Positions 20,843 through 30,028 are shown, counted from the stretch's first letter. The stretch: 64,000 nt of DNA from Spirochaetaceae bacterium (GCA_965224705.1 OZ245056.1:1920001-1984000), one strand, 5' to 3'. Numbers and translations are program-made. The notes: generated by a model from the sequence alone, not told the origin.

Positions 20843-22596
20843 GTTTTGTGAAAAAGAAACTGGAACAGGGCATCACCGATTTCAAGAAATTCATCGACAA
20901 TGATTGTTACTTTGTCGATAAAACTCGTCTTATCGCATATCTTATTGACCATCCCAGCGAGGTGCATCTCATCACCCGCCCCCGGCGCTTCGGCAAAACC
21001 CTGAACCTAAGCATGATCCGCTACTTCTTCGAGGCCCCGCCACCGGGCGGAGATAGCAGCGATCCACCACCCAATGCGCCTTTGTTCAATGGCATGTCCA
21101 TCGCGGAACATCCCCAATACCGTGAATACATGGGGCAGTATCCGGTGATTGCGCTAAGTTTCAAGGATGCCAAGGGGGCCTCGCATACGGAGTGCATGGA
21201 AGTCATCAGGGAAATGCTGTCGGCGGAATATCAACGACATGAATACCTGCAAAACTGTGAAGTGCTGCACGAAGCCGATAAAGAGTTGTTTTTTAACATA
21301 TCGAATAGAAAAGGCACGGATCAGGACTGTGCGCAATCGATAAAACATCTCTCCTCCTGGCTCAAGCGCGCTTACAACCAACCGGTCTACATCCTTCTGG
21401 ACGAGTACGACACCCCGCTGCACGCCGCCTACACCGAAAACTTCTACGATGAAATGATCGCCTTCATCCGCAGCTTCATGGGGCAGAGCTTCAAGGACAA
21501 CCCCAATTTGAAACAGGCGGTGGTCATCGGGATACTGAAAGTGGCACAGGAAAGCATCTTCAGCGACTTCAACAATCCGGCAGTGTCCACCGTGCTGAAT
21601 GATTCCATGAAGGATTGTTTTGGTTTCACCGAGGCGGAGGTGGAGGCCATGGCCTCCCATTTCGGGCAGGAATCCCGGCTGGACGGCATAAGGGAGTGGT
21701 ACAACGGCTACATCTTCGGCGGCGACACGGTCATCTACAATCCCTGGAGTCTCGTGAGCTATTTCAGAAACATCAAGGACGGGCTTCTGCCCTACTGGGT
21801 GCACACCAGCGATAACAAACTGGTAAAAGAAGTGCTGCATCTGGACAGAAGGAACAGCAGGGAAGTCGTTGAGAAACTGATCCGGGGAGAGGAAGTCAGG
21901 CGGGAGGTGGTGCTCAACATTGCCTATCCGCAGATAGAAAGAAACACGGATGCCGTGTGGAGCTTTCTGCTCCACGGAGGCTATCTCAAGGCTGACGAGC
22001 GGCAGCAGCTCCACACCTTCATCACCTACCGGCTTGCCATCCCCAATCTGGAAGTGAAGGTGGTCTACGAAAAGGTTGTCCGGGACTGGCTGGAGGAGGA
22101 CGTGGAGATAAGCGATTCCTTTCAGTCCTTCATTCGCGGCATTCGCGAGGGAGATACCGGACTGATCGAAGAGGGACTCGGAAACATCCTCTTCGGCCTT
22201 GCCAGTTATCACGATACGGCATCGCGGGGCAGAAGGGAGGAAAGGAAACGGACGGAGGGCTTCTATCACGGCCTAGTGCTGGGAATGCTGGCCTACCTGG
22301 GCGGTGAATACATGGTGGAGAGCAACCGCGAATGCGGCATGGGCCGTCCCGACATTGTCTTGATCCGCCGCGATACCGGCTCCGGTCGGCCCACCAGGGT
22401 TCTTCTCTTTGAGTTCAAGAGGGAGGATGCCGGTGGAACAACGCCTCTGGAGCAGCTGGCACGGGAGGCGTATTGCCAGGCGGAGCAAAAATACCTTGAG
22501 GGCCTGAGGAAGAAGTGGCAGCCGGGGGAAATCCTTGTTCTGGGGGTGGGCTTTCGAGGCAGGGAACTGGCTCTGGAAACAGGCCGTGATGAATGA
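20839..22596 (+). CDS. AAA-ATPase-like + PD-(D/E)XK nuclease domain protein, copy 3
   Basis: Same motifs; start GTG 20839 (GTGA overlap) or 20848. Confidence 0.9.
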   Translation: MSFVKKKLEQGITDFKKFIDNDCYFVDKTRLIAYLIDHPSEVHLITRPRRFGKTLNLSMIRYFFEAPPPGGDSSDPPPNAPLFNGMSIAEHPQYREYMGQYPVIALSFKDAKGASHTECMEVIREMLSAEYQRHEYLQNCEVLHEADKELFFNISNRKGTDQDCAQSIKHLSSWLKRAYNQPVYILLDEYDTPLHAAYTENFYDEMIAFIRSFMGQSFKDNPNLKQAVVIGILKVAQESIFSDFNNPAVSTVLNDSMKDCFGFTEAEVEAMASHFGQESRLDGIREWYNGYIFGGDTVIYNPWSLVSYFRNIKDGLLPYWVHTSDNKLVKEVLHLDRRNSREVVEKLIRGEEVRREVVLNIAYPQIERNTDAVWSFLLHGGYLKADERQQLHTFITYRLAIPNLEVKVVYEKVVRDWLEEDVEISDSFQSFIRGIREGDTGLIEEGLGNILFGLASYHDTASRGRREERKRTEGFYHGLVLGMLAYLGGEYMVESNRECGMGRPDIVLIRRDTGSGRPTRVLLFEFKREDAGGTTPLEQLAREAYCQAEQKYLEGLRKKWQPGEILVLGVGFRGRELALETGRDE

Positions 22597-22709
22597 TGAG
22601 GAATGGGCCATGGAAAAGTCTCTGCTTCAACATTAAATCAATATTTGGAAAGGATCTACACCTGGAAACCAGGCTGTAGCAAGCTTCCTGACACGGAATT
22701 TGATTTTGA

Positions 22710-23545
22710 GGGCACCTCTAAAAAACCCGCTTTCGGAATCTGGCGCAGAGATTTTTCACTGATACAAGGCGACAAAAACGGAATGTGCCCGGCATGAACA
22801 ATATCCAGCGGGTGAGAATCCCGCCAAGGCCCTGAAAGGCGGAAATTTGTAGAAAAAGACAAGGGTGTCCGAAGAAAGATAGACAACGCATTGAGAGTAT
22901 GCCTGCTCACCAGATGGAGATTGTCTTTCCCAATGAGGAATCTGAAGGAAGTCTAAGTCAAAATATTCGCCTGAACGAGAGTGAACCTTTGAAAGGCAGT
23001 TATGGAGGATGAGATACCTTCGGCTATTGAAGTCCCATATCCTTTACGTAAAATCCATAATTGTGCAGAAGGCAGGCGGGATATGAAATGGAGATTGGTC
23101 TTACCCGGGGAGGGCCTGTGGAATGGAAACTGTGGAACAGCGCCATAAGATTTCCTAAGCCGTGCAGGGATGCAGGGTAATCTTCCACCGGCAGTCAGAA
23201 GAACCCAGGCCGATCAGACGGGTGGAGATCCCGAAACCGGGAGGAGGAGTGAGACTTCTGGACAACTTCAAGGAGCCCGGCTATGCACAAAGCCTTTCCC
23301 AATCGGTATTTCATTGAAGAACTCGGGCAGTTTATCTATTCAGCCTGAGACTGAAAGAAATTGGACACATGCATGAGGAGCCGTGTACGGACCCGTACGC
23401 ACGGTTCTGTGAGAGGACGGCATCCCTGCTTCCGCAAGGTGCCTCCTAACTCGATGCGTAGCTGGGCTACGTGAGCATTTTGGCAACGCAGTAGCAGTGG
23501 TAAAGATCAAACCAGAAACGGAATGGGTGTTTTTTAGAGGTGCCC
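22710..23545. mobile_element. MITE family A copy interrupted by a group II intron
   Basis: TIRs GGGCACCTCTAAAAAAC / GTTTTTTAGAGGTGCCC; removing 22783-23455 restores the reverse complement of the 3851-4002 element; no matching TSD. Confidence 0.88.
22783..23455 (+). mobile_element. Group II intron with internally deleted RT/maturase ORF
   Basis: 5' end ATGTGCCCGGCATG; domain V GAGCCGTGTACGGACCCGTACGCACGGTTC (23378-23407); domain VI ending CTCGAT; RT remnants PRPIRRVEIPKPGGGVRLL (23204-23260) and PAMHKAFPNRYFIEELG (about 23277-23327). Confidence 0.9.
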
Positions 23546-23916
23546 TTTGTATTCCCGGATGAATTTCCTGGGAGTTCTGGAACAGATGAGTGTGATGGTG
23601 GTATTGCCGTAATTGGCTTCCGGGTTTTCTCTGAGGTAGAGATTTGTGTATATGGAAAGATCGTAAATATCCTGTGCTCTTACGGCATCGCCATATGATT
23701 TGTAGCTGACCAGATTGTACGGCGCGAAATAGTTGAAGATGTCGAATTCTACGCTGGCAGTGTTTTGTTTGATAAGGAGGACATCCAGCCTCTTGGGCTT
23801 TTGAGCATTTCATGTTCCGTTTCAACCAGATATCCGCAAGAGCCGAAAAATTCCCTTGCCTGTCTTTTGAAAAAGGTGTCCAGGGTAATCTGGGCTCTGG
23901 GAAGTGTCTTTTCCAT
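23546..23916 (-). pseudogene. 5' half of Rpn-like gene, frameshifted and truncated at the MITE end
   Basis: Closely similar to the 5' half of 30029-30829; 1-bp deletion near 23790; stops at the MITE TIR. Confidence 0.85.
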
Positions 23917-23967
23917 CGTTTGCAGGATAGCATGATTCTGAAGACCTATCCATACCGGGTTTTTCAA

Positions 23968-24186
23968 TCAAACAGCGTTGCCGTTCATCACCAGGCCCCG
24001 TGCGAAAGCCCCCCTGCATTTTGAGCTTCCCACCTCCGTTGTCTCAAAAAATGTGAAATTTCCTGAAAACGGCACTAAACCGCAGAGGACGCAGAGGTAC
24101 GCAGAGAAATATGAGATAAAAATCTGGTCAATAATCACCTAAAACACTCTGCGCTCTCTGCGTTCTCTGCGGTTAAAAAAGCATGG
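23968..24186. repeat. Array leader repeat with long hairpin (other copies about 25428-25726, 28568-28871, 29725-30028, 30881-31167, 38298-38531)
   Basis: Near-identical non-coding unit containing AACCGCAGAGGACGCAGAG...CTCTGCGT(C/T)CTCTGCGGTT inverted repeat (24078-24174). Confidence 0.9.
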
Positions 24187-24565
24187 ATAGCACAAAAAAG
24201 CTGGATGGGATAATGACTATCGACTTGAAGTCCTTAGTAGGTTTTAGATGCGATTGCCCTGTCGGTTCTCACAAATTGGCCCGAACATTTTGGGGGATAG
24301 CGATAAATTCACCATCAATTTCCATTACGATGACAGGGAATGGCCCGAGATTCCTGTTTTTGGGGAAAAGTATGTCCAGAACATAGAAAAATGGCTTTTT
24401 TTGTGAAAGGCTTGACAAAAGCTTCATTTTCAATAAAAAGTTGGTTGAGGTAGCATCAGAAGTAGCAACATACCTCCTCTGACTGATACTTTCATGGAAA
24501 GTTTTTGGATTAGCTTTATTGTGTGATACAATCAATTGTATGCTAGGGTAGGAGAGTACGTATTC

Positions 24566-24772
24566 ATGGAGAAAAAAAGTACATTGATTCTTTCGGATGA
24601 GCAGATTGCCTATCTGAGAGACAAGCCGGTTGTAGGCAATGATGAAACTCCCACAGAGGAGGAACAATGGCGTAGGAATGCCAAAATCAATGCCGAATCT
24701 GCGGCAAAAATGGCTCAGGATGCCGTGGAGGCCTTGATGACAGGCTATGATTCACGTAGATGCACGAAGTAA
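24566..24772 (+). CDS. Small hypothetical protein (68 aa)
   Basis: AGGAGA RBS, ATG 24566; TTGACA upstream at about 24412; overlaps the next gene. Confidence 0.6.
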   Translation: MEKKSTLILSDEQIAYLRDKPVVGNDETPTEEEQWRRNAKINAESAAKMAQDAVEALMTGYDSRRCTK

Positions 24773-25295
24773 ATGCCTGGTCGATGTTGTCGATGAATTT
24801 CTGAATGCATTATTTCGAGATTTATTTCGATCAGAATTATCGCTAACAGGGACATATCTGGATTACTTCAGAGCCAATCGCCGAACAATCAAATCGGCAC
24901 AAGAAGAGTATTACAAAAATCTGGAAAAGTGGAGAGATTGGTTTTCCCTTACCAACAGGGTGGATAGGCATAAGGTGGCAGCGATAACTGCGCATTATTT
25001 GATAAAGCATTTCCCCATAGTAACAATTGAAAATCGTCCTGAATTAAAGAATGTTGGAATACTGCAAATTATCGATGAATTGTCCACTTTATTTGTAGCC
25101 TTAAGCCGCTTGAAAAATGAAGGAGTTGCGTATGATCCAGAAAAGTCTCTTATAGGCAGTTTTATTCAAACATTTAGAAGGCATTCCCTGGTATTGGGGG
25201 AATTTGACAATTATGCAATCTCAGTTGAATCCATGGCAAGAAATTTCTATCTGCTGGAAGAAGCACATAGAGTGAAGGCAACAAAGCCTTCCTGA
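24747..25295 (+). CDS. Hypothetical protein (182 aa, D-R-H-K-V-A-A motif)
   Basis: Intact AT-rich ORF overlapping the upstream small gene. Confidence 0.7.
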   Translation: MIHVDARSKCLVDVVDEFLNALFRDLFRSELSLTGTYLDYFRANRRTIKSAQEEYYKNLEKWRDWFSLTNRVDRHKVAAITAHYLIKHFPIVTIENRPELKNVGILQIIDELSTLFVALSRLKNEGVAYDPEKSLIGSFIQTFRRHSLVLGEFDNYAISVESMARNFYLLEEAHRVKATKPS

Positions 25296-25732
25296 ATATG
25301 TCTCTATGCTGATTATTTCTTCCACTGTTTTGAAGCCTGATACACCAAACTTTGTTGTGTAGATTTATACAAAACGCCTGTCGGCGATACAAACCTCCCC
25401 CCAAGGCTGACGAATCGCACTCCCCGGCAGCGTTGCCGTTCATCACCAGGCCCCGCATGAAAGCCCCTCAGCCATTTTGAGCTTCCCACCTCCGTTGTCT
25501 CAAAAAATGTGAAATTTCCTGAAAACGGCACTAAACCGCAGAGGACGCAGAGGTACGCAGAGAAATATGAGATAAAAATCTGGTCAATAATCACCTAAAA
25601 CACTCTGCGCTCTCTGCGTCCTCTGCGGTTAAAAAAGCATGAATAAGACTTTCATAATGTCTCAAAGAATGCGTTAGAATTTTCTATCATGATTTATGAA
25701 GCGTAATGTTTTGCGAAAGAATACCTCTTAGA

Positions 25733-27702
25733 CCGAAGTTTTTGGCGAAGAAGTTAGTAATTCTCTATCAAAAAAAGATTTACAAATAAATTCTGTGTTG
25801 TTTACTGCTTACACCTCCCTATTCGCATGGGATTGTACTGTACGTTTAGCAACTCAAATACCTTTGTATGAAAAGGATTTAACTCACTTCCCTGCGAGTA
25901 GCAGGGGGCGTTATCCACGGCAGGTCGAATGTCGATGATGGCTACAGCCGAAAGAGAATCAATAAGGGATCGAAAGCTCATCACGGGATATCCTTCTTCG
26001 TTAACTTTATGTTCTGCTTTGTGATTGCCATGAGGTGAACGCAAAGCCTTCCTCACCGGTGAGCTTTGCCTGCTTCTGTCTTGATACTCATCCATAAACA
26101 GCAGAGGTTTGAGTTTTTCCCTCATAGCAAACTCTACGTAATAGGCAAGCAAGCACAGATAAAAGTGCCCTTTAACCCGACTTGCAAGACGATGATGAAT
26201 GGGACGGGCCTGTAGTCCGGCTATTTTCAAGCAGCGAAACACTTCCTCCACTCGTTGAAGATTTTTGTAGTTCTCCACACATTCTGGTGTTTGCATTCTA
26301 TCGCTTTCCACATTGGTACGCAGGATATAAATACCGTCACAGGCCTCTTCCTGTCCGATGGATTCTTCGTTTCGAGAAAACAAAAAGTCATCGTCCCTGA
26401 TCTCTACATTGAAATGCTTGCCCATTTTATACTTTCCAATAATTCGGCCATAGCGTTCGGCAATCTTCACTTTGCCCCGTAAAGCTCTTTTTCCCCTTCT
26501 TGCGGCTTTCTGGATGGCCCATAATTTATCTTCTGCTGCACTCAACAGTTCCCGCCGTTTGTTCCTGCGTTCCTGAGCAAGATAAGGATTGCGGCACACG
26601 ATAAGCCGTTCGCCGGGAAAGTCTTCGCTGTGTATTTCCCATAAATCCGTTTCATCAAAGAGTTCCGGGGTAATACTCTGGGCAGTAACCAATTTCTTGA
26701 CCGCTGGAGCACTCAAGGCTCCAAGCCATCTTATCCAATCCCCATTGTCAAGCATCTCTTCTTTAATGTTTTTGGCTGTAACCATTCCCCGATCACCGAC
26801 AAACACTATTGATTTGCCCAGCTTCCTTAACTTTTCAAGCTGCTCTGCTACGGTAGTGCCGTCACTTCTATTGCCCTTAAATACTTGAGCTCCAACCGGA
26901 ACGCCGTATCGATTTGTCATGACACCTAACTCTATTTGCCGTTTACCCCTTTTCCCGTCCCGGCTATATCCGTATTCGGCAAGTGAACAGTGAGAACCTT
27001 CATACCAAAAGGAACTCAAGTCGTACAGCAAGATCGTATCATCCTTGAGATGACGGTTTCTTAATCGCTGTTCAATACTTCCCCACTGCTCTTCCAGATT
27101 ATCAAGTGCTCCGTAAAGATCAGCAGGCTTGACTTCTCCCAGACCAAGAATGCGGTTCAAAGAGCTATGTGTATTCTTTTCATCAAGAGCATAAGCGGTC
27201 GCAAGCTTTGATGCAGGGTGAATAATCCTCTGGGCGATCATTGCCTTAATCAGCATCAGGTTATCAGGAGACACACCTTTAAGAAGACTCTCTATGTTGA
27301 GTTGTTTCATGGTTTGAATGATGGCCAGAGAGTGTCCGTGGGCGTAGGATCGTTCAATCGTGAACATTTTATCCGGAGAGATAATTCTTGCTCCCTTAAG
27401 CAGAGCATGAAATCCTTCTCTAATTTCTGCCGGCCAATCAGTGAGATTGGCTATTGTTGTAGTCGTGGGTTTTCCATTGACGCGGGTTGATTTTCGAAGG
27501 AGCCAGCAGCCTGGAGAGTTTCTATTTTTGATATACTGGATATACATGTGCTGTATTATAGCATGTATTATTTATATTTCAAGCTATTAGTAATAGAAAA
27601 ACCCGTATTACATGCGTACATTTTCCGTCTTTTTCAGTGGTATACTCTTGTAACTTTTTTTCAGAAAAAGAAATTAACTGGATTTTGCGCCAAAAACTTC
27701 GG
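25733..27702 (-). mobile_element. IS1634-family insertion sequence
   Basis: Perfect 15-bp TIR CCGAAGTTTTTGGCG/CGCCAAAAACTTCGG; 6-bp TSD CTTAGA (25727-25732, 27703-27708). Confidence 0.92.
25802..27547 (-). CDS. IS1634-family DDE transposase
   Basis: LYDLSS.WYEG, YGYSRDGK, FVGDRGM, DG.Y.LRTN, YK.L..VE..FR.LK, RPIHH....RV.GH. Confidence 0.92.
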   Translation of the reverse strand: MYIQYIKNRNSPGCWLLRKSTRVNGKPTTTTIANLTDWPAEIREGFHALLKGARIISPDKMFTIERSYAHGHSLAIIQTMKQLNIESLLKGVSPDNLMLIKAMIAQRIIHPASKLATAYALDEKNTHSSLNRILGLGEVKPADLYGALDNLEEQWGSIEQRLRNRHLKDDTILLYDLSSFWYEGSHCSLAEYGYSRDGKRGKRQIELGVMTNRYGVPVGAQVFKGNRSDGTTVAEQLEKLRKLGKSIVFVGDRGMVTAKNIKEEMLDNGDWIRWLGALSAPAVKKLVTAQSITPELFDETDLWEIHSEDFPGERLIVCRNPYLAQERRNKRRELLSAAEDKLWAIQKAARRGKRALRGKVKIAERYGRIIGKYKMGKHFNVEIRDDDFLFSRNEESIGQEEACDGIYILRTNVESDRMQTPECVENYKNLQRVEEVFRCLKIAGLQARPIHHRLASRVKGHFYLCLLAYYVEFAMREKLKPLLFMDEYQDRSRQSSPVRKALRSPHGNHKAEHKVNEEGYPVMSFRSLIDSLSAVAIIDIRPAVDNAPCYSQGSELNPFHTKVFELLNVQYNPMRIGRCKQ

Positions 27703-27703
27703 C

Positions 27704-27892
27704 TTAGAGCTTCTTGATTTCCGCTTCGCTCAGGCCGGTGGCCTTGATGATGAGTTTCATATCGGCTCCGGCAGCCTTGAAGTTTTTGGCTGTTTGCGTT
27801 TTGCCTTTTTCCATACCTTTTTCCATACCATCATCCCAGGCCTTTTCAAGCTGAGGTCTCATGAGTTCGGTTACATCGGCAACGGGTACCAT
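27704..27892 (-). CDS. Internal in-frame small protein (62 aa), putative RpnS-like antitoxin A
   Basis: AAGGAGG-ATAAC-ATG inside the long gene. Confidence 0.65.
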   Translation of the reverse strand: MVPVADVTELMRPQLEKAWDDGMEKGMEKGKTQTAKNFKAAGADMKLIIKATGLSEAEIKKL

Positions 27893-28516
27893 GTTATCCT
27901 CCTTGCCCTCAAAGATTGATATTCTCATTATAGTCCCCTTAAGCAGCTTGTCAACAATCTGCCTGGGAAAACCGGACTCCTTGATTTCATCCTGGCCGGA
28001 TAAACGGTCAATATTCCGACAGAATTCGGATAGAAACACACCATCTGGCCCCGATAGCCGGATGATTTCTATGTTGATGATGTGAATTCTGTACATTCCA
28101 TAGTCGCCGATGAAGTGACCGGGACATGTTTCGGTGAAAGACCCTTTATATTCCCGGATGAATTTTCTGGGGGTTCTGGAACAGATTAACGTGATGGTGG
28201 TATTGCCGTAATTGGCATCCGGGTTTTCTCTGAGGTAGAGATTTGTGTATATGGAGAGGTCGTAGATATCCTGTGCTCTTACGGCATCGCCGTACGATTT
28301 GTAGCTGACCAGATTGTACGGCGCGAAATAGTTGAAGATATCAAATTCTACGCTGGCGGTGTTTTGCTTGATAAGGAGGACATCCAGTTTTTTCGGGTTT
28401 TTGAGCATTTCATGTTCCGTTTCAACCAGATATCCGCAGGAGCCAAAAAATTCCCTTGCCTGTCTTTTGAAAAAGGTGTCCAGGGTAATCTGGGCTCTGG
28501 GGAGTGTCTTTTCCAT
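27704..28516 (-). CDS. Rpn-like PD-(D/E)XK-fold protein, intact copy A
   Basis: TE.E....P.KLDVLLIK...NLVSYKS..D; C-terminal G.EKG repeats and 'AK.FK..G.D...I.KATGLS..EI' tail typical of Rpn/YhgA-like proteins. Confidence 0.75.
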   Translation of the reverse strand: MEKTLPRAQITLDTFFKRQAREFFGSCGYLVETEHEMLKNPKKLDVLLIKQNTASVEFDIFNYFAPYNLVSYKSYGDAVRAQDIYDLSIYTNLYLRENPDANYGNTTITLICSRTPRKFIREYKGSFTETCPGHFIGDYGMYRIHIINIEIIRLSGPDGVFLSEFCRNIDRLSGQDEIKESGFPRQIVDKLLKGTIMRISIFEGKEDNMVPVADVTELMRPQLEKAWDDGMEKGMEKGKTQTAKNFKAAGADMKLIIKATGLSEAEIKKL

Positions 28517-28871
28517 CGTTGACAGGATAACATGATTTCGAAGACCTATCCATACCGGATTTTTCAATCATACAGCGTTGCCGTTCATCACCAGGCCCCG
28601 CATGAAAGCCCCCCTGCATTTTGAGCTTCCCACCTCCGTTGTCTCAAAAAATGTGAAATTTCCTGAAAACGGCACTAAACCGCAGAGGACGCAGAGGTAT
28701 GCAGAGAAATATGAGATAAAAACCTGGTCAATAATTACCTTGAACACTCTGCGCTCTCTGCGTCCTCTGCGGTTAAAAAAGCATGAATAAGACTTTCATA
28801 ATGTCTCAAAGAATGCGTTAGAGTTTTCTATCGTGATTTGTGAAACGTAACGTTTTGGGAAAGAATACCCC

Positions 28872-29048
28872 TTAGAGCTTCTTGATTTCCGCTTCGCTCA
28901 GGCCGGTGGCCTTGATGATGAGTTTCATATCGGCTCCGGCGGCCTTGAGGCCTTTAGCTGTTTGCGCTACACCTTCACGCTTACCATCATCCCAGGCCTT
29001 TTCAAGCTGAGGTCTCATGAGTTCGGTTACATCGGCAACAGGTACCAT
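28872..29048 (-). CDS. Internal small protein (58 aa), putative RpnS-like antitoxin B
   Basis: AAGGAGG RBS retained; variant segment GKREGVAQTAKGLK. Confidence 0.6.
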   Translation of the reverse strand: MVPVADVTELMRPQLEKAWDDGKREGVAQTAKGLKAAGADMKLIIKATGLSEAEIKKL

Positions 29049-29673
29049 GTTATCCTCCTTGCCCTCAAAGATTGATATTCTCATTATAGTCCCCTTAAGC
29101 AGCTTGTCAACAATCTGCCTGGGAAAACCGGACTCCTTGATTTCATCCTGGCCGGATAAACGGTCAATATTCCGACAGAATTCGGATAGAAACACACCAT
29201 CTGGCCCCGATAGCCGGATGATTTCTATGTTGATGATGTGAATTCTGTACATTCCATAGTCGCCGATGAAGTGACCGGGACATGTTTCGGTGAAAGACCC
29301 TTTATATTCCCGGATGAATTTTCTGGGGGGTTCTGGAACAGATTAACGTGATGGTGGTATTGCCGTAATTGGCATCCGGGTTTTCTCTGAGGTAGAGATT
29401 TGTGTATATGGAGAGGTCGTAGATATCCTGTGCTCTTACGGCATCGCCGTACGATTTGTAGCTGACCAGATTGTACGGCGCGAAATAGTTGAAGATATCA
29501 AATTCTACGCTGGCGGTGTTTTGCTTGATAAGGAGGACATCCAGTTTTTTCGGGTTTTTGAGCATTTCATGTTCCGTTTCAACCAGATATCCGCAGGAGC
29601 CAAAAAATTCCCTTGCCTGTCTTTTGAAAAAGGTGTCCAGGGTAATCTGGGCTCTGGGGAGTGTCTTTTCCAT
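28872..29673 (-). pseudogene. Rpn-like copy B, frameshifted in a homopolymer tract
   Basis: G6 at 29325-29330 versus G5 at 28169-28173 in copy A. Confidence 0.8.
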
Positions 29674-30028
29674 CGTTGACAGGATAACATGATTTCGAAG
29701 ACCTATCCATACCGGATTTTTCAATCATACAGCTTTGCCGTTCATCGCCAGGCCCCGTGCGAAAGCCCCCCTGCATTTTGAGCTTCCCACCTCCGTTGTC
29801 TCAAAAAATGTGAAATTTCCTGAAAACGGCACTAAACCGCAGAGGACGCAGAGGTACGCAGAGAAATATGAGATAAAAATCTGGTCAATAATCACCTAAA
29901 ACACTCTGCGCTCTCTGCGTCCTCTGCGGTTAAAAAAGCATGAATAAGGCTTTCATAATGTCTCAAAGAATGCGTTAGAATTTTCTATCGTGATTTGTGA
30001 AGCGTAACGTTTTGCGAAAGAATACCTC

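Noticed and set aside
17540..22269. Long antisense ORFs (444, 321, 371 aa) opposite the AAA genes
   Set aside because: Shadow frames from GC-rich third codon positions; end points differ between paralogs and there are no recognisable motifs.
23170..23376. 68-aa ORF as a real gene
   Set aside because: Lies within intron domain IV. The RT N-terminal remnant is in a different frame and the IEP is internally deleted.
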